Assembly: GCA_027451985.1 (NCBI GenBank)
Contig: DAIDHS010000001.1
Span: forward strand, 97,932-161,931
Reading direction: 5' to 3'
DNA length: 64,000 nt
From: Elusimicrobiota bacterium
Lineage (GTDB): Bacteria > Elusimicrobiota > Elusimicrobia > UBA1565 > UBA9628
Shown: in pieces, positions 41,695 to 56,414 of the stretch
How positions within the stretch are numbered: position 1 is the stretch's first letter
Layout: each line of letters starts with the position of its first letter
Notes under the pieces: generated by a model
Database searches by the model: none
What the model was told of the DNA's origin: nothing
The model's input: only the letters and a program-made list of their open reading frames with translations
Program-made: the position numbers and the translations under genes

Positions 41695-43866
41695 ATGTCA
41701 TGGCTTCGTTCGGGCATTTTCCGCCGTTTCCTGCTGGTCATGGGAGCTTTGTCCCTGCTTCCCGTGGCCTTGCTTGGCTATCACCTTGTTAATTTGAGCC
41801 GCGTCGGCATCCAGAATTCCGTCCTGGAACTGCAGACCAAGCTCGCCGAAAAACTGTCCCAGCAGGTGGACGATTACTTCAACGCCGCCAATTCCAACAT
41901 CTCATTCGCCTTATCGGCCTTGAACGGCAGCATGCCCTGGAGCGACAAGCAGACTCTTCTGGAAAACCTGGTCGAAACCAACGCCGGAATCCAGAAGATC
42001 TCGATGCTTAATCCGCAGGGCCGGGAAATCGTCAAGATCTGCGGGCCGTCACTGCCCTGCGGCAAGAATCTCGCGTCTTATGCCGACGATAAAGGCTTCG
42101 TGAAGTTCCGTAAGAGGGGTTTGAGGACCGTCTCGTTGCTTGCGGACAAGGGCATGCCCGCCTTGTGCTTCTATATTCCTTTGAACAAAAGCATCGTCGC
42201 GCGGATTCTCATGTCCCTGGAGGTTCTCGCCACGCGCATTACCTCGGAAACCGTCAACGGTACGGGTTTCGCGGTGATGGTCGACTCCAAGGGCAATCCG
42301 CTTTTCTACCCTGCCGGCCGACTCTCCAAGTCGGACGTGGAGTCCTTCCATGCCTGGCCCATTGTGATCGACGCCCTTCAGGCGACCAGCGTCGGCTCCA
42401 GCGAGTTCAGCGACGCCGCCGGAGTTAAATATGTCGGCGCCTACGCCCCGGTGGCTTCCATCGGTGGGGCCGTCATCATTCTCCAGCCCTGGCGCGACGC
42501 CTACGCCTCCGCCATCCGCATGAAGCAGGACGCCATGAGCGCAGTGGCGCTGGTCCTCGTCTTCTGTCTCATAGCGGCCTTTTTCCTCGCGCGGCGGCTA
42601 ACCCAGCCGCTTTTGACGCTGACCCGGGCCGCTGAAGCTGTTTCATCGGGGGATTTCCAGACCAAGGTCACGGTCGGCACCAAGGACGAATTGCAGGAAC
42701 TGGCCGAGACCTTCAACACGATGATCGAAAAGCTCAGGCACTACTCCGATCTGCAGGTCGACCGGCTCATCGCCGAGGAAGGCAAGAGAAACGCCCTGCT
42801 CTTCTCTATTGACGAGGCAATTTTGATGCTGGATCAAGACGGGCGCGTTCTGCTGGCCAACCGCCGCGTCTTCGAGCTTTTCGGACTCGCTCAAGACGCC
42901 CCGATCGAAGGGAAGACCCTGACGGAGGCGTTTCCGGAGTCTCCCCTGCGCGACGCGGTCGTCGCGGCGGCTCAGAAGCCTCGCGCTGATTTCTTCAAGG
43001 ACTTGAACCTGTCCACAAAAAACAAGCACAGCTCTTTGCGCGTGGGGGCCCAGCCGGTGGTGAGCCCTCAAGGGCAGTCCCATCTGGGCGTCATCGTGGC
43101 CATCCGCGACATCACGCTGGAAAAAGAGCTTGACAAGATGAAGGAGGAATTCCTCCACAGCATCACGCACGATCTGCGCAACCCCCTGGGCTCGGCAATT
43201 GGCTTCCTGGATCTTTTGCTTAAGGGGACTGCGGGCGTTTTGACCCCGCCGCAGGCCAATATGGTATCGTCGGTGAAGCGCTCCTCAAGCCGCCTGATGG
43301 GCATGGTCAACAACATTCTGGATATCGCCAAGATGGAAGCGGGCAAGATCCGGCTCCAGTTGAAGCCGATTTCGCTCGCGGGCATCGCGAGCCGCTCCAT
43401 CGCGACGTTGGAGTCATTGGCCCTCAATAAGCGCATCCGCGTTGAATTGGCGGCGGCCGAAGAATACACTGCAGATGTCGATGGAGATCTGCTGGAGCGG
43501 GTCTTTACCAATCTTCTCGGAAACGCGATTAAATATACCCCGGAGGGGGGGAATATCGTCATCTCCATCAAGGATGACGGCGCTTCCTTCACCTGCTGCG
43601 TCGCGGACAGCGGCGAGGGAATTCCATCCGAGTATCTGGGGCGCATTTTCACCAAATTCGAGCAGGTGACTGGGCAGAGAAAGGGCGGCACCGGGCTTGG
43701 TTTGACTATCTCCAAGTTTTTCGTCGAAGCCCATCGCGGAAAAATCTGGGTCGAATCGGAGGTGGGCAAAGGCGCGCGCTTTTACTTCACGATTCCCAAA
43801 GGCTTGGCCCTGGATGCGGAGGGAAACGTCATCGCCGAGGCGTCCCGGACGGAGAGCGTCTCATGA
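41695..43866 (+). CDS. sensor histidine kinase (TM - periplasmic sensor - HAMP - PAS - HisKA - HATPase_c)
   Basis: 723 aa. N-terminal TM and ~250-aa extracytoplasmic domain, then a second TM. HAMP LTQPLLTLTRAAEAVSSGDFQTKVTVGTKDELQELAETFNTMIEKLR. H-box EEFLHSITHDLRNPLGS. G-boxes NLLGNAIKYTPEGG and GTGLGLTISKFFVEAHRGKIWVESEVGKGARFYFTIP. Confidence 0.9.
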   Translation: MSWLRSGIFRRFLLVMGALSLLPVALLGYHLVNLSRVGIQNSVLELQTKLAEKLSQQVDDYFNAANSNISFALSALNGSMPWSDKQTLLENLVETNAGIQKISMLNPQGREIVKICGPSLPCGKNLASYADDKGFVKFRKRGLRTVSLLADKGMPALCFYIPLNKSIVARILMSLEVLATRITSETVNGTGFAVMVDSKGNPLFYPAGRLSKSDVESFHAWPIVIDALQATSVGSSEFSDAAGVKYVGAYAPVASIGGAVIILQPWRDAYASAIRMKQDAMSAVALVLVFCLIAAFFLARRLTQPLLTLTRAAEAVSSGDFQTKVTVGTKDELQELAETFNTMIEKLRHYSDLQVDRLIAEEGKRNALLFSIDEAILMLDQDGRVLLANRRVFELFGLAQDAPIEGKTLTEAFPESPLRDAVVAAAQKPRADFFKDLNLSTKNKHSSLRVGAQPVVSPQGQSHLGVIVAIRDITLEKELDKMKEEFLHSITHDLRNPLGSAIGFLDLLLKGTAGVLTPPQANMVSSVKRSSSRLMGMVNNILDIAKMEAGKIRLQLKPISLAGIASRSIATLESLALNKRIRVELAAAEEYTADVDGDLLERVFTNLLGNAIKYTPEGGNIVISIKDDGASFTCCVADSGEGIPSEYLGRIFTKFEQVTGQRKGGTGLGLTISKFFVEAHRGKIWVESEVGKGARFYFTIPKGLALDAEGNVIAEASRTESVS

Positions 43867-45272
43867 CGGCCCTGCGGCGCGGCGCAGGGCGTACGGCGCA
43901 GGGCGCACTTGTCTGCTGTTTGCTATTGTGGCTGGGCGTCGCGGCATCCGGCAGGGAAATCTTTCAGAAAGTCGTCGTGCGCCCGGGAGACACACTGTGG
44001 GGCATCGCGCAGACGTATCTCAAGAATCCCCAAAAATGGAATGAGATCCTTAAATATAACACGCTGCCTTCCCAAGATCCCACGGCGGCTCTTCCTGGAA
44101 TGGTTCTGCGCGTGCCGGTCAATCTGATCAAAGAGAGCCTGCAGGCAGCCTACCTCGTGCAGAAGGAGAACACCGTTTATTTTAGGCGCCGCGACACTGC
44201 CGGCTGGAAATCGGCGTCGCTTCATCTGAACTTGTATCAAGGAGATTCCCTGCGCACGCTGGATAACGCGAGCGCGCGCGTGAAGTTCCTGAGCGGAGGG
44301 AACTTGGCCATGAACGCCAATTCAATGGCGATCATCCAACCGCCCAAAGCCGGCTACGACGTCAACCTAGAGCGGGGCAGCGTTTTCGTTGGGCACGCCA
44401 CGGTGGTCACAGCTTCGGCGCGCATCGAGCCAAAGACCAAGGATACGCAGTACATGGCCAAGGTCGGCGAGGACTTGAGCACCATCGTCGAGGTTTATCG
44501 CGGCCGCGCCGCGGTTTCGGCCCAAGGCCAGACCGTGGACGTCAACGCCGGCATGGCCAGCGTGGTTCCCAAGGGTTTGGCGCCCAATCTGCCTCAAAAA
44601 ATAGCCGATTTTTCCGCTCTTCAGGACCAAGCCGCGGCGTTGAACGGGATTTCCAGATCCGTCAAAGTCGCGGGGGCGTTCCCGTCGTCTCTGGGCGAAG
44701 GCGCCCTGCCGGGAAAAGCGGCGCTCCGGGACGCGTCTTCCGGCATTGCGCGGGAAGTGTCGTCACTGGAAATCGGCGTGCCCGTTTCCGGTTATCGCGT
44801 CCAAGCCTCGCGTTCGCCCGCTTTCGATAGGCTGGTGTTCAATAGGGTTTTTAACTCAGATGAGAAATTCGATCCGTCTTCGGCGAACTTGCCTCCGGGT
44901 ATTTATTGGTGGCGCATCGCCCTCATCGACTTGCTCGGCACGCAGGAAGATTTTTCATCGCCAAAGCGCTACGTCATCGGCGGGGGAGAGTCGTCCCAGC
45001 AGATCGATCCGTCCGCTCTGATGCTTTTGATCCATCCGCAAGACGGCGAAAATGTTTTTTCACCGGAATACCGCGTTTCCGGACGCCTCAAATCGTCTCA
45101 GGCGTCCGTTTCGGTGAACGGCCGCCCGGCGCGCCAGGATGAGGAAGGCAATTTTTTCGCCGATATCCGCCTGAAGGCAGGCGACAACAAGGTAGCCGTG
45201 ACGGTCCAGGATGCTTCCGGGCAGAGCGCTACGGTCGTTAGAACCGTGCGCTACTCGCCGGGCGGCGAGTAA
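43863..45272 (+). CDS. LysM-domain protein with FecR-like domain
   Basis: 469 aa. Signal/TM ALVCCLLLWLGVAASG. LysM KVVVRPGDTLWGIAQTYLKNPQKWNEILKYN. The following region (SARVKFLSGGNLAMNANSMAIIQPP...ERGSVFVGHAT) resembles a FecR sensor domain. ATGA overlap with the kinase gene stop. Confidence 0.65.
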   Translation: MTALRRGAGRTAQGALVCCLLLWLGVAASGREIFQKVVVRPGDTLWGIAQTYLKNPQKWNEILKYNTLPSQDPTAALPGMVLRVPVNLIKESLQAAYLVQKENTVYFRRRDTAGWKSASLHLNLYQGDSLRTLDNASARVKFLSGGNLAMNANSMAIIQPPKAGYDVNLERGSVFVGHATVVTASARIEPKTKDTQYMAKVGEDLSTIVEVYRGRAAVSAQGQTVDVNAGMASVVPKGLAPNLPQKIADFSALQDQAAALNGISRSVKVAGAFPSSLGEGALPGKAALRDASSGIAREVSSLEIGVPVSGYRVQASRSPAFDRLVFNRVFNSDEKFDPSSANLPPGIYWWRIALIDLLGTQEDFSSPKRYVIGGGESSQQIDPSALMLLIHPQDGENVFSPEYRVSGRLKSSQASVSVNGRPARQDEEGNFFADIRLKAGDNKVAVTVQDASGQSATVVRTVRYSPGGE

Positions 45273-45273
45273 A

Positions 45274-47082
45274 TCAGTTTCCGGCGCCCAACGATCTTTG
45301 ACCGGAGGGCGCCCGCAACGCTCCCAGGCGCTGCAGAAGGGGGCTGGCGAAAAAGGCCTGCTGATCGTCCACGGGGGCCAGAATCGAAAGAATGGCGCTG
45401 GAATCGGGATTCGACCACAACGGCGGCGGCTCCTGATCGGACTGCGCCTGGGAAGCCATTGCGGCCGCGATATAACCCCACCGTCGCGGATCCCCCGGCA
45501 TGAGGTACTGCGGCACGGACACCGTGAGGGTGGACGTTGCCGAGTCGGCTTCGACCTCCATTTGGGTGAGCAATTGGGGCGGACCGTCGATGGAAGAGCG
45601 GTAAAGGAAGGCCTCTTTCGAGTCGAGGCTGAGGGCATATTCCCACGCGTCGGCCACTTTCGTGTAGGCGTTGCGGCCCGGCAAAAGCTTGGTGGCGCCC
45701 GCGCCAGCGATGTGGTTGATGTCGATGTAGGTGTCGAGTACCAAACGTGAGAAGGGCTGGTCGGCCGCCGCCGCCGAATCGACGTCGGTTTCCATCGTGT
45801 ACGCGAAATCAACGGAAGCGGTGCTCCAGGACACTTTCAAGTTGGAAATCCCCCAGGGAGACGGAGCGGCGGCGGCAACGGCGGGGCCTGTGCTGACGGG
45901 GGCGTAGCTGATGGATTGCGGGGGATTCTCAAACTCAATGGAGGAGGGGCCTTGAACGGCGGTCACGTCCGCGGACAGCCCCTGGGGCAGCCCCCCCGCG
46001 GTCAGCGCGTCGGTGCTCGATATTTGGACCAAGGGATAGTACAAATCGCTCGGGCTCGGCTCGTCGATCTCCCGGTAGAGGGTCCTAAGGCTGGCGCGGA
46101 ACTCCGCGTCCGCCTTCAACGCCTCTGCTGGCCGGGTCGAGCCGATAAGCCGGAAAAAGCGGCTTGCTTGGCTCTTGTGGAGTTGCCCGGTCGCTTCCTC
46201 AAGCGATCTTAAATCGGCGGATCCGGAGTTTTGGTACTGCTCAAGATCAAGGGCCGCCTTGGCGTAGAGGGCCCAGGCGGCCTGGCTAGGGCCGGAGGAG
46301 TCCCACAAGCTGTAGTCTCCGGCCCACGTCGGCCACTGGGAGATCGCGGATGAGGAGATGAGCGAAATTTGATGCCGGGCGACTGCCTCGGCGACGGTGG
46401 ACCAGGATTCCCGGAAACCTGAGGCCGCCGCCTGACGCAGGATGTCCAGCATGCTTCCCGGGGGAACCAGGCCGTCCCCTTCATCAACGACTACGGGACC
46501 TCGTTCGGAAAAAGCGAACGGCAAATTGAATTGCGAGAGATCGTTGGGGGAGAGAGGGTAGAAGGGCACGAGGACCACGCCGGAATATTGGGCCCACGTT
46601 CCGGTCGGGGGAAGATACGCTCCGGTCGCGACCCAGCCTAAGGACATGGACTTGAACGCGGGAAAGAGGTCGGGAGAGACGGCTCCGCCTCCCGGGACGT
46701 AGCCCGCCGGGATGGCGCCCAAGGCGCTCTGGAGCTTTTCGTGCGTTAAAGACAGGAGATCCAAGGGATCTTGGGGGCGGGGCGCCTGCGCGTTATCCGC
46801 GATGAGGGGCAGGATGGGATCTCCATCTATCCTGGCCGCGATTTCGACTTCTCCGCTTTGAATGAGAGGCTGCAGGACGGCGAGCGCCGCAGGCGTGAGC
46901 TGGTCGGGGGAAACGGCTACGGTCAGGCTCGGAGACCCGGTCGCCGCGAGGTCCGTGGAAAGCTCGCTCCAGTTTGCAAAATCAGCCGCAGGAATCCACA
47001 AAACGGGAGTATGGGCGTTCGCCGCGCGGCAAGGCGTGGCGGAGGCGAGAAAAAGAGCGAACACCGCGGCGAGGGAGTTCAT
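45274..47082 (-). CDS. hypothetical secreted protein, possibly glycan-active; family not recognised
   Basis: 602 aa. Signal peptide MNSLAAVFALFLASATPCRAANA. 4-nt overlap with the upstream CBM48 gene suggests a two-gene operon linked to alpha-glucan binding. No catalytic motif could be assigned by eye. Confidence 0.45.
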   Translation of the reverse strand: MNSLAAVFALFLASATPCRAANAHTPVLWIPAADFANWSELSTDLAATGSPSLTVAVSPDQLTPAALAVLQPLIQSGEVEIAARIDGDPILPLIADNAQAPRPQDPLDLLSLTHEKLQSALGAIPAGYVPGGGAVSPDLFPAFKSMSLGWVATGAYLPPTGTWAQYSGVVLVPFYPLSPNDLSQFNLPFAFSERGPVVVDEGDGLVPPGSMLDILRQAAASGFRESWSTVAEAVARHQISLISSSAISQWPTWAGDYSLWDSSGPSQAAWALYAKAALDLEQYQNSGSADLRSLEEATGQLHKSQASRFFRLIGSTRPAEALKADAEFRASLRTLYREIDEPSPSDLYYPLVQISSTDALTAGGLPQGLSADVTAVQGPSSIEFENPPQSISYAPVSTGPAVAAAAPSPWGISNLKVSWSTASVDFAYTMETDVDSAAAADQPFSRLVLDTYIDINHIAGAGATKLLPGRNAYTKVADAWEYALSLDSKEAFLYRSSIDGPPQLLTQMEVEADSATSTLTVSVPQYLMPGDPRRWGYIAAAMASQAQSDQEPPPLWSNPDSSAILSILAPVDDQQAFFASPLLQRLGALRAPSGQRSLGAGN

Positions 47083-47543
47083 TTGACGATTTTGAGCGAG
47101 GTCCGGCGTCCGTCGGTTTCCTCACTCCTGACGTTGTTGGGATCCATCATGGGCTTCCCATCGACCAGAAAGAGATAGTGATACCGGCCGGCAGGAAGTG
47201 CCAAGCTAGCCTCCCACCAGCCGTGGGCTTTGAGATTCAAGATGAAGGTCCCGCCTTTCCAAGCATTGAACTCTCCAATGACCGCCACGGATTTGGCCTT
47301 GGGCGCGTGCAACCGGAAGGTTACGAACTTGATTTTTGGCAGTCGCCGCCCCCCCTTGGAGCGGCGGGTCTCATCGTGGCGGAAGGTGGAGGGGGCTGTC
47401 TGGTGCAATGTCGCCGGTTCGAGACCGCTTAAGAACTTTCTGTAGCCAAGGACGGATTTGAGAAGGAAGGTGGAGGGCACCACGAGGAGAGCAAAGCCCA
47501 AAATGAGGCTCCCCCAAAAAAACCATTTGCCCCGGTCCGTCAT
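47079..47543 (-). CDS. membrane-anchored CBM48 (glycogen-binding, AMPK-beta/isoamylase-N-like) domain protein
   Basis: 154 aa. N-terminal TM WFFWGSLILGFALLVVP. Domain VTFRLHAPKAKSVAVIGEFNAWKGGTFILNLKAHGWWEASLALPAGRYHYLFLVDGKPMMDPNN matches the CBM48/E-set glycogen-binding fold signature (VxFxx..A..V.V.G.FN.W......M.....G.W...L.L..G.Y.YKF.VDG.W..DP.N). Confidence 0.6.
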   Translation of the reverse strand: MTDRGKWFFWGSLILGFALLVVPSTFLLKSVLGYRKFLSGLEPATLHQTAPSTFRHDETRRSKGGRRLPKIKFVTFRLHAPKAKSVAVIGEFNAWKGGTFILNLKAHGWWEASLALPAGRYHYLFLVDGKPMMDPNNVRSEETDGRRTSLKIVK

Positions 47544-47547
47544 TGTA

Positions 47548-47576
47548 TTGAGGATATCATTTTTTAATTATAGAAT
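47548..47576 (+). promoter_or_regulatory. sigma70-like promoter TTGAGG-N17-TAGAAT for gdhA (predicts leaderless or near-leaderless mRNA)
   Basis: ttgaggatatcattttttaattatagaat. The -10 ends 6 nt before the gdhA ATG at 47583. No SD is present. Confidence 0.45.
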
Positions 47577-47582
47577 CGGCTT

Positions 47583-48911
47583 ATGGAAACCAAAACGTCG
47601 GCCAAGTCTGCGCAACGATCTTCCCAAGTCCGGATTTCAAGGTCCCCAGCGGCGGCTTTGGAGTCTTCAGAGTCCAACCCCTGGCTGCAAGCCATGGAGC
47701 AGTTGAACCGTGCCGGAGCCAAGATGAAGATGGAGGAGAACATCTTGGAACGCCTCCGCCACTGCAAGCGGATCCTGACCGTTTCCGTGCCCGTCACCAT
47801 GGACGACGGCACGCTCAAGGTTTTTGAAGGCTACCGCATTCAGCACAACCTCGATCGCGGACCGGCCAAGGGCGGCATCCGCTACCATCCCCAGGTTTCT
47901 TTGGACGAGGTTAAAGCCTTGTCGTTTTGGATGACCATGAAATGCGCCGTGGTGAACCTGCCCTACGGTGGCGCCAAAGGCGGCGTCATCTGCGATCCGA
48001 GCAAGATGAGCATCGGGGAAATCGAGCGGCTGACGCGCCGCTATACCTCGGAGATTTCCATCATTATCGGTCCCGACAAGGACATCCCGGCGCCGGACGT
48101 CAACACTAACGAGCAGATTATGAGCTGGGTCATGGACACTTACTCCATGACCATCGGCTACTCCTGCCCCGGCGTCGTGACCGGCAAGCCCATTGACGTC
48201 GGCGGTTCCTTGGGCCGGCGTGAGGCCACCGGCCGCGGCGTTTTCTACGTCACTCGCGAGCTGGCCGACGTCAAGGGTTTCGACTTGACGAAATCCACGG
48301 TCGCCATCCAGGGCTTCGGCAACGTCGGCTCCAACGCCGCCAAGGTGTTCTACGAGCACGGAAGCAAGGTGGTCGGCGTTTCTGATGTGACCGGGGGCGT
48401 CTGGGATCCCAAAGGCCTGCCCATTCCGGAAATCATCGACTACGTCGCGCGGCAAGGTTCTTTGGCGGGGTATCCCGGAGGAAAGCGCATTCCCGGAAAC
48501 GAGTTCGTGGAAGTGCCTTGCGACATCCTTGTTCCCGCGGCCATGGAGAACCAGATTACTCACGAGAACGCCGGGCGCGTCAAGGCCAAATATATCGTCG
48601 AGGGCGCCAACGGCCCTACGACGAACGCCGCGGATCGCATCTTGAACGAGCGGGGCGTTGTGGTCGTTCCGGACATTCTGGCTAACGCTGGCGGCGTGAC
48701 CGTAAGCTACTTCGAGTGGGTCCAGGATATTCAGGCCTACTTCTGGAGCGAGAAGGACATCAACGCGCGGCTTCAGGAGATCATGGTGAGGGCCTTTCGT
48801 GATGTGTGGGACATGGCCCAAAAGGAGAAGGTGGACCTGCGCTTGGCGGCCTTTATGGTCGGCTTAAACCGCCTGGCCAAGGCCGTGCGCTTGCGCGGAC
48901 GGTTCCCCTGA
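47583..48911 (+). CDS. gdhA: glutamate dehydrogenase (Glu/Leu/Phe/Val dehydrogenase family)
   Basis: 442 aa. KGGIRYHPQVSLDEVKALSFWMTMKCAVVNLPYGGAKGGV is the catalytic Lys-containing GDH signature. C-terminal Rossmann fold GFGNVGSNAAKVFYEHGSKVVGVSD. Confidence 0.9.
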   Translation: METKTSAKSAQRSSQVRISRSPAAALESSESNPWLQAMEQLNRAGAKMKMEENILERLRHCKRILTVSVPVTMDDGTLKVFEGYRIQHNLDRGPAKGGIRYHPQVSLDEVKALSFWMTMKCAVVNLPYGGAKGGVICDPSKMSIGEIERLTRRYTSEISIIIGPDKDIPAPDVNTNEQIMSWVMDTYSMTIGYSCPGVVTGKPIDVGGSLGRREATGRGVFYVTRELADVKGFDLTKSTVAIQGFGNVGSNAAKVFYEHGSKVVGVSDVTGGVWDPKGLPIPEIIDYVARQGSLAGYPGGKRIPGNEFVEVPCDILVPAAMENQITHENAGRVKAKYIVEGANGPTTNAADRILNERGVVVVPDILANAGGVTVSYFEWVQDIQAYFWSEKDINARLQEIMVRAFRDVWDMAQKEKVDLRLAAFMVGLNRLAKAVRLRGRFP

Positions 48912-48933
48912 TCTTTTCCGGGCTTCGGTCCGG

Positions 48934-50774
48934 TTGTCCGTGAGGATTCTCGCCGCGCCCAATGCCTTCAAGGGCAGTTTGTCCGCTTTGGAGGCTGCGC
49001 GTGCCTTCAAGGTCGGCATTTTAAGCGCGTTGCCCGGATCGAAGGTGGAATTCCTTCCCATTTCTGACGGCGGCGACGGTTTGATGGAGTCACTGCTTTG
49101 GTCCGAAGGCGGCCGGAGAGTCCGAGTTGAGGTCAGCGGCCCGATGGGCGAGAGGCGGCAGGCCGCTTTCGGGGTGCTTCCCGGCGGCGCCGCCGTCGTG
49201 GAGATGGCCAAAGCCTCCGGGTTGGCCCTGGTGCCGCCGCGGCGCCGCAACCCTCTTTTGGCGACCTCCAGGGGCACGGGGGATCTGATCGCGGCGGTCC
49301 TGCGCCGCGGCTCACGGACCGTCATTCTCGGCATGGGCGGCAGCGCCAGTTCCGATGGGGGCGCGGGCATGGCGCAGGCCTTGGGCGCGCGGCTTCTGGA
49401 CGCGAGAGGCCGGGAACTTGGTTCGGGCGCGAAGCATCTGAGAAGCCTAGCCGCCATAGACATGGGCGGTTTTTTGAAGGCTGCTGGGGCGGCCAAAGTC
49501 ATCGCCGTCTCCGACGTTGAAAATCCTCTGCTCGGCGTCCGCGGATCGGCCCGGGTGTTCGGGCCGCAAAAAGGGGCGACGCCGGAAATGGTGAAAATTT
49601 TGGAGGAGGCGCTGGGCCGCTACGCGGAGGTCGTTAAGAAAGACTTGGGCGTCAACGTGGCGAAGATACCCGGCAGCGGCGCGGCCGGCGGCTTGGGGGC
49701 GGGGCTTATCGCTTTTCTGGGGGCTGAGATTGTGCCCGGCGCGAGGTGGGTCCTGGCGCGCTGCGGGGCGGATAAAGCCCTGGGGCGCGCCGACGCCCTG
49801 ATGACCGGAGAGGGACGGCTGGACGAGACCAGCTTCTACGGAAAAGCTCCCGTCGAGATTGCGCGCATGGCCGCGGCGCGGGGAATCCCCAGCGTCTTTG
49901 TTTGCGGGCAAGTCGCGGAGGGAGCGCGCCGCCGCTTGCGTCCGCTGGGCGTTCGGGCCGCCGTCGGGTTTTCCGACGCGGGCGCGTCCGCGTCGAACTC
50001 CCTGTCCCGTGCGAAGTCGTGGGCGGCCAAGGCCGCCGCGATGGCCGCGCGCGGCCTGGCTCCGGTCTTCGCCCTGTGTTTTTTGGCGGCCGCGGCGCGG
50101 GCGTCCCAGCCGCCGTCTCTGTCTCGCGCCGACTGGCTTTATTTCCACAGGAACAAGAAGGGCAACCTGGACGAATGCTTATCTGATTTGAACGCCCTTT
50201 TGAAGGCCAACCCCAAGGACGCCGGTGCCCTGTGGCGCGAAGGACGCGCCATGGTTCGCACGGGAGAATCCTTGGAGGTTCGGAAAGATAAAATCGCGGA
50301 GTTTCGCGCTGCTGTCGGAGCGATTAAAGAGTCCGTGGCGTTGGACTCAGCCGACGCCGACGCGCATTTTTGGCTGGGTGTCGCGATGGGCCGCTTGGGG
50401 CAGTCCCAGGGTATTCTTCACTCCCTATTTCTCATTAAGCCTTTGCGCCGGGAAATGCGGACGGTACTTGCCATCGATCCTAGCTACAGCGGAGCTTACC
50501 GGGTTTTGGGGGAAATGTATCTTCAGATTCCGGGTTTCGCGGGCGGAAGCGTCTCCAAAGGGATAGCGGATCTCAAAAAGTCCGTGCGGCTTGCTCCCGA
50601 TGCGACGAGCAATTACGTGGCGCTGGCTCAGGCGTACGAATCCGACGGCCAAAAGGCTAAAGCCGTGGACGTGCTTCAACAAGTACTCAAGGTCTCGAAT
50701 CCCGCCGATCCGGCCGAAGCTCTGGACGACATGAAGCAGGCTCGGGGCATGCTGGGAAAGCTGGGCGCCGCGCC

Positions 50775-50778
<4 letters not shown>
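48934..50778 (+). CDS. glxK: glycerate kinase domain (aa 1-~375) fused in frame to a signal-peptide-like segment and a ~220-aa TPR-like domain
   Basis: N-terminus MSVRILAAPNAFKGSLSALEAARAF...ISDGGDGL is the classical glycerate-kinase-family start. After ...AKSWAAKAAAMAARGLAPVFALCFLAAAARASQPP the frame continues into TPR-like helices (DAHFWLGVAMGRLGQ...YVALAQAYESDGQKAKAVDVLQQVLKV). Confidence 0.7.
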
Positions 50779-55184
<4,406 letters not shown>

Positions 55185-55188
<4 letters not shown>

Positions 55189-56414
55189 GGCAGCGCCTCC
55201 TCCGTCAGCCAGTGGCCGAGCTTGTTCTTTTTCGTCTTGAGGTAGGCGGCGTTGTGCTTATTTGCGGGCATCTCGATGGGAACGCGTCCGGCCACTTTGA
55301 GCCCGTAGCCCTCGATACCCACGATCTTGCGCGGGTTGTTGGTCATGATTTTGATGGAGCTCAGGCCCAGGTCCGCGAGAATCTGAGCGCCGATGCCGTA
55401 CTCGCGCAGGTCGGGCTTGAAGCCCAGCGCCAAGTTGGCCTCGACGGTGTCCAGGCCCTTGTCCTGGAGGCCGTAGGCCTTGAGCTTGTTCAGGAGCCCG
55501 ATGCCGCGGCCCTCCTGGTGAAGGTAGAGCAAAACGCCTCGACCGGCCTTGGCGATCTGCCGCATGGCCGCGGCGAGCTGCTCTCCGCAGTCGCAGCGCA
55601 TGGAGAACAGCGTGTCTCCGGTCAGGCAGGAACTGTGCACGCGCACCAGAACGTTGCGGGCTTCGGCGACAAAGCCTTTGACCAGGACAAGATGCTGCTT
55701 TTGCGTAAGGGTCTCCTCATAAAGATGCACGATGAATTCACCGAAGCGCGTGGGCAGCTTTGCGGTGGCCATGCGCCGGATGAGGCGGTCCTTGGCGCGG
55801 CGGTACTCGATGAGATCCTTGATGGTGACGAGCTTGAGTTTGTGCTTTCTTGCAAAGCGCGAGAGGTGCGTCAGGCGCGCCATGCTGCCGTCGGCGTTAA
55901 GAATTTCGCAAATGACGCCGGCGGGATAGAGTCCGGCCAGCCGCGCCAGGTCCATGGCCGCCTCCGTGTGCCCCGCGCGCACGAGCACTCCGCCGTTTTT
56001 CCCGCGCAGGGGGAAAATGTGGCCGGGACGGATGAGATCCTCGGGCTTGGTGCGAGGATTAAGCAGGGCCTCGATGGTGCGCGCGCGGTCCTTGGCAGAG
56101 ATGCCGGTGGTCGTGCCCCTCTTGGCGTCCACGGAGACGGAAAACGCGGTGTCGCGGCCGGGGCTGGGAAGCGTGCTGCGCCCGGGCTCGACCATGGGGC
56201 GGATATCCAGGGCGTCCAGGCGCTCGCCCGTCATGGGCACGCAGATGAGGCCGCGCCCGTGCTGGGCCATGAAATTGACGGCCTGCTCGGTGCATTTCTC
56301 GGCCGCGATGACGAGATCTCCCTCGTTCTCCCTTTCAGGATCATCGATGACCACGATCATGCGGCCCCGGCGGATGTCCTTGATGGCGTCTTCGATGCGG
56401 TCGAACCGTGTCAT
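55185..56414 (-). CDS. ribBA: bifunctional 3,4-dihydroxy-2-butanone-4-phosphate synthase / GTP cyclohydrolase II
   Basis: 409 aa. DHBP synthase signature MIVVIDDPERENEGDLVIAAEK in the N-terminal half. GTP cyclohydrolase II zinc-site cysteines (VRVHSSCLTGDTLFSMRCDCG) in the C-terminal half. Confidence 0.9.

Noticed and set aside
41640-41700. Weak hairpin ccactatccttaagtgg between the 5277-aa gene and the histidine kinase
   Set aside because: It has only a 5-bp stem and no U-tract. With a 37-nt gap, read-through co-transcription into the kinase is more likely than termination.
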